A stretch of DNA of 63,481 nucleotides, the filler included, from Octopus bimaculoides (taxonomy: Eukaryota), in assembly GCF_001194135.2 (NCBI RefSeq). It is 6 parts of 5 records of this genome, joined end to end, with 100 filler letters (N's around TTAATTAATTAA, not from the genome) between each part and the next. Parts side by side here need not be neighbours in the genome. Positions count along the whole stretch, not along the records: positions 61,740 to 63,481 come from NW_026405445.1; 5 more parts are not named here. One strand, written 5' to 3'. Within the stretch, counting starts at the first letter, position 1, and each line of letters opens with the position of its first letter. This document shows, in pieces, positions 62,239-63,481 of the stretch. Position numbers and translations under genes: made by a program. The notes beneath the pieces are model-generated. The model ran no database searches. It worked only from the letters and a program-made list of their open reading frames with translations, and was not told where the DNA came from.

Positions 62239-62394
62239 ATATATACACATATATATTATGTGTGTATGTATGTATGTAATGATGTATGTATGTGGGCGAA
62301 AAAGAAGAGAAGGCAATTCAAAGAGAGTACGAGCAGGGCCAGGGTTGGGGAAGCGGTATAATGATATAAAGAAAGAATGAAATAACAAGTAGAA

Positions 62395-62425
<31 letters not shown>

Positions 62426-63481
62426 TACATATATATGAGAGAGAGAGAGAAAAGCAGACAGAAAGAGAGAGAGAGCGTGGTAGGGGATAGGTAGATATGC
62501 ATTGACCGCAAATGTTTGATCTTCGTGAAAACAACAACAAAAACAGCAACAAAAGCAACGAAGGCCTTTCGTTCGGCTCTTCATCTTCTAAATTTAGGTC
62601 TTTAAAAATCAACAGTTCTATGGCAAAAGAAAACTTCTATCAAATCCCAAGGGATATTACACATGGAAGTCTCACGAAAGGGCTGGCTTACACACTAGAT
62701 AAACCATAGATTCCTCGTACTATAATTCAACTGTTCAACCATACTTGTCTGTTGTCTGAGATATCAATTATTTCAAACTGCAACCTAGAAAACAATGAAC
62801 AATGTTTTATTGTATCTGACGTGTGCCATAAAGTAGATGGAATTACAATGGTATTATAACTGTCCCCTTGGCTGATCGATAATTTCATGCAATACTTTCG
62901 AAGAGACAACACGAAGATATGAATGTTTTCTTAATATCAGTTCTTCACCATAACCATTAGTCTCTCAATCAGCACCATGTGTCCCTTCTCTCTTCCTCTC
63001 TCTTTCTTTCTTTTTTGTCGCCCTTTCTTTTTATTTCTTTCTTTTTTATCGTTCTTTCTCTTTCTATCTCTCAGTCCCTTTCACTGATTTTCGATATGTC
63101 CACATCTTCCACCCCTCTCATCCCTCCCATCCTCTCTCTTTTCTCTTTCTTCCTGTATCTCATTCTCTCGGTTAATTTGCTCGCTCTCTCTTTTCCACTT
63201 TCGCTCAAGTCTTCTCGCTCTGCCATTTCCTGCTCTATAGCTCTTACTCTACTATTTTCTCTATTACACACTCTTTGTTCCATCTCTCCCTCTCTCTCTC
63301 CTCTTCTCTCTCTCTCTCTCTATCTATCTATGTTCCCATCATTTTATTGTTTCTCTATGTTTGTTATTCTTCAGTATCTGCCTGTCTTTCTCTCATTTAT
63401 ACAGGTTCTCTGCGTCCATGTTGAATATATATAGCTATATATATGTGTGTGTGTTTGTGTGTGTACGTATGTATATATATA

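Overview
AT-rich, microsatellite-laden eukaryotic genomic DNA from a gapped draft assembly. The repeat landscape resembles a coleoid cephalopod such as Octopus; this is my inference from recalled repeat families and was not checked against a database. I found no intact host protein-coding gene, rRNA, true tRNA gene or CRISPR array. Almost all ORF-track entries are microsatellite or gap translations, or decayed transposon fragments. Recognisable content: mariner elements (one full-length 1.3 kb relic, one 3' fragment, one 877-bp element with two 5' ends), a Buster-type hAT fragment, two Helitron fragments, LINE relics (RTE clade, Tx1/L1, R4/Dong), several Penelope-like (PLE) RT and GIY-YIG fragments, and many tRNA-headed SINEs. 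The main unexplained signal is four type I hammerhead ribozyme motifs with unrelated flanks (9596-9654, 47367-47412, 61461-61506, 61997-62051), all on the + strand and all with palindromic or near-palindromic stem III. Two lie inside partial tandem repeats of about 480 bp and about 347 bp, the layout expected of PLE pseudo-LTRs or non-autonomous retrozymes. All folds and alignments were done by eye; TE boundaries are approximate.
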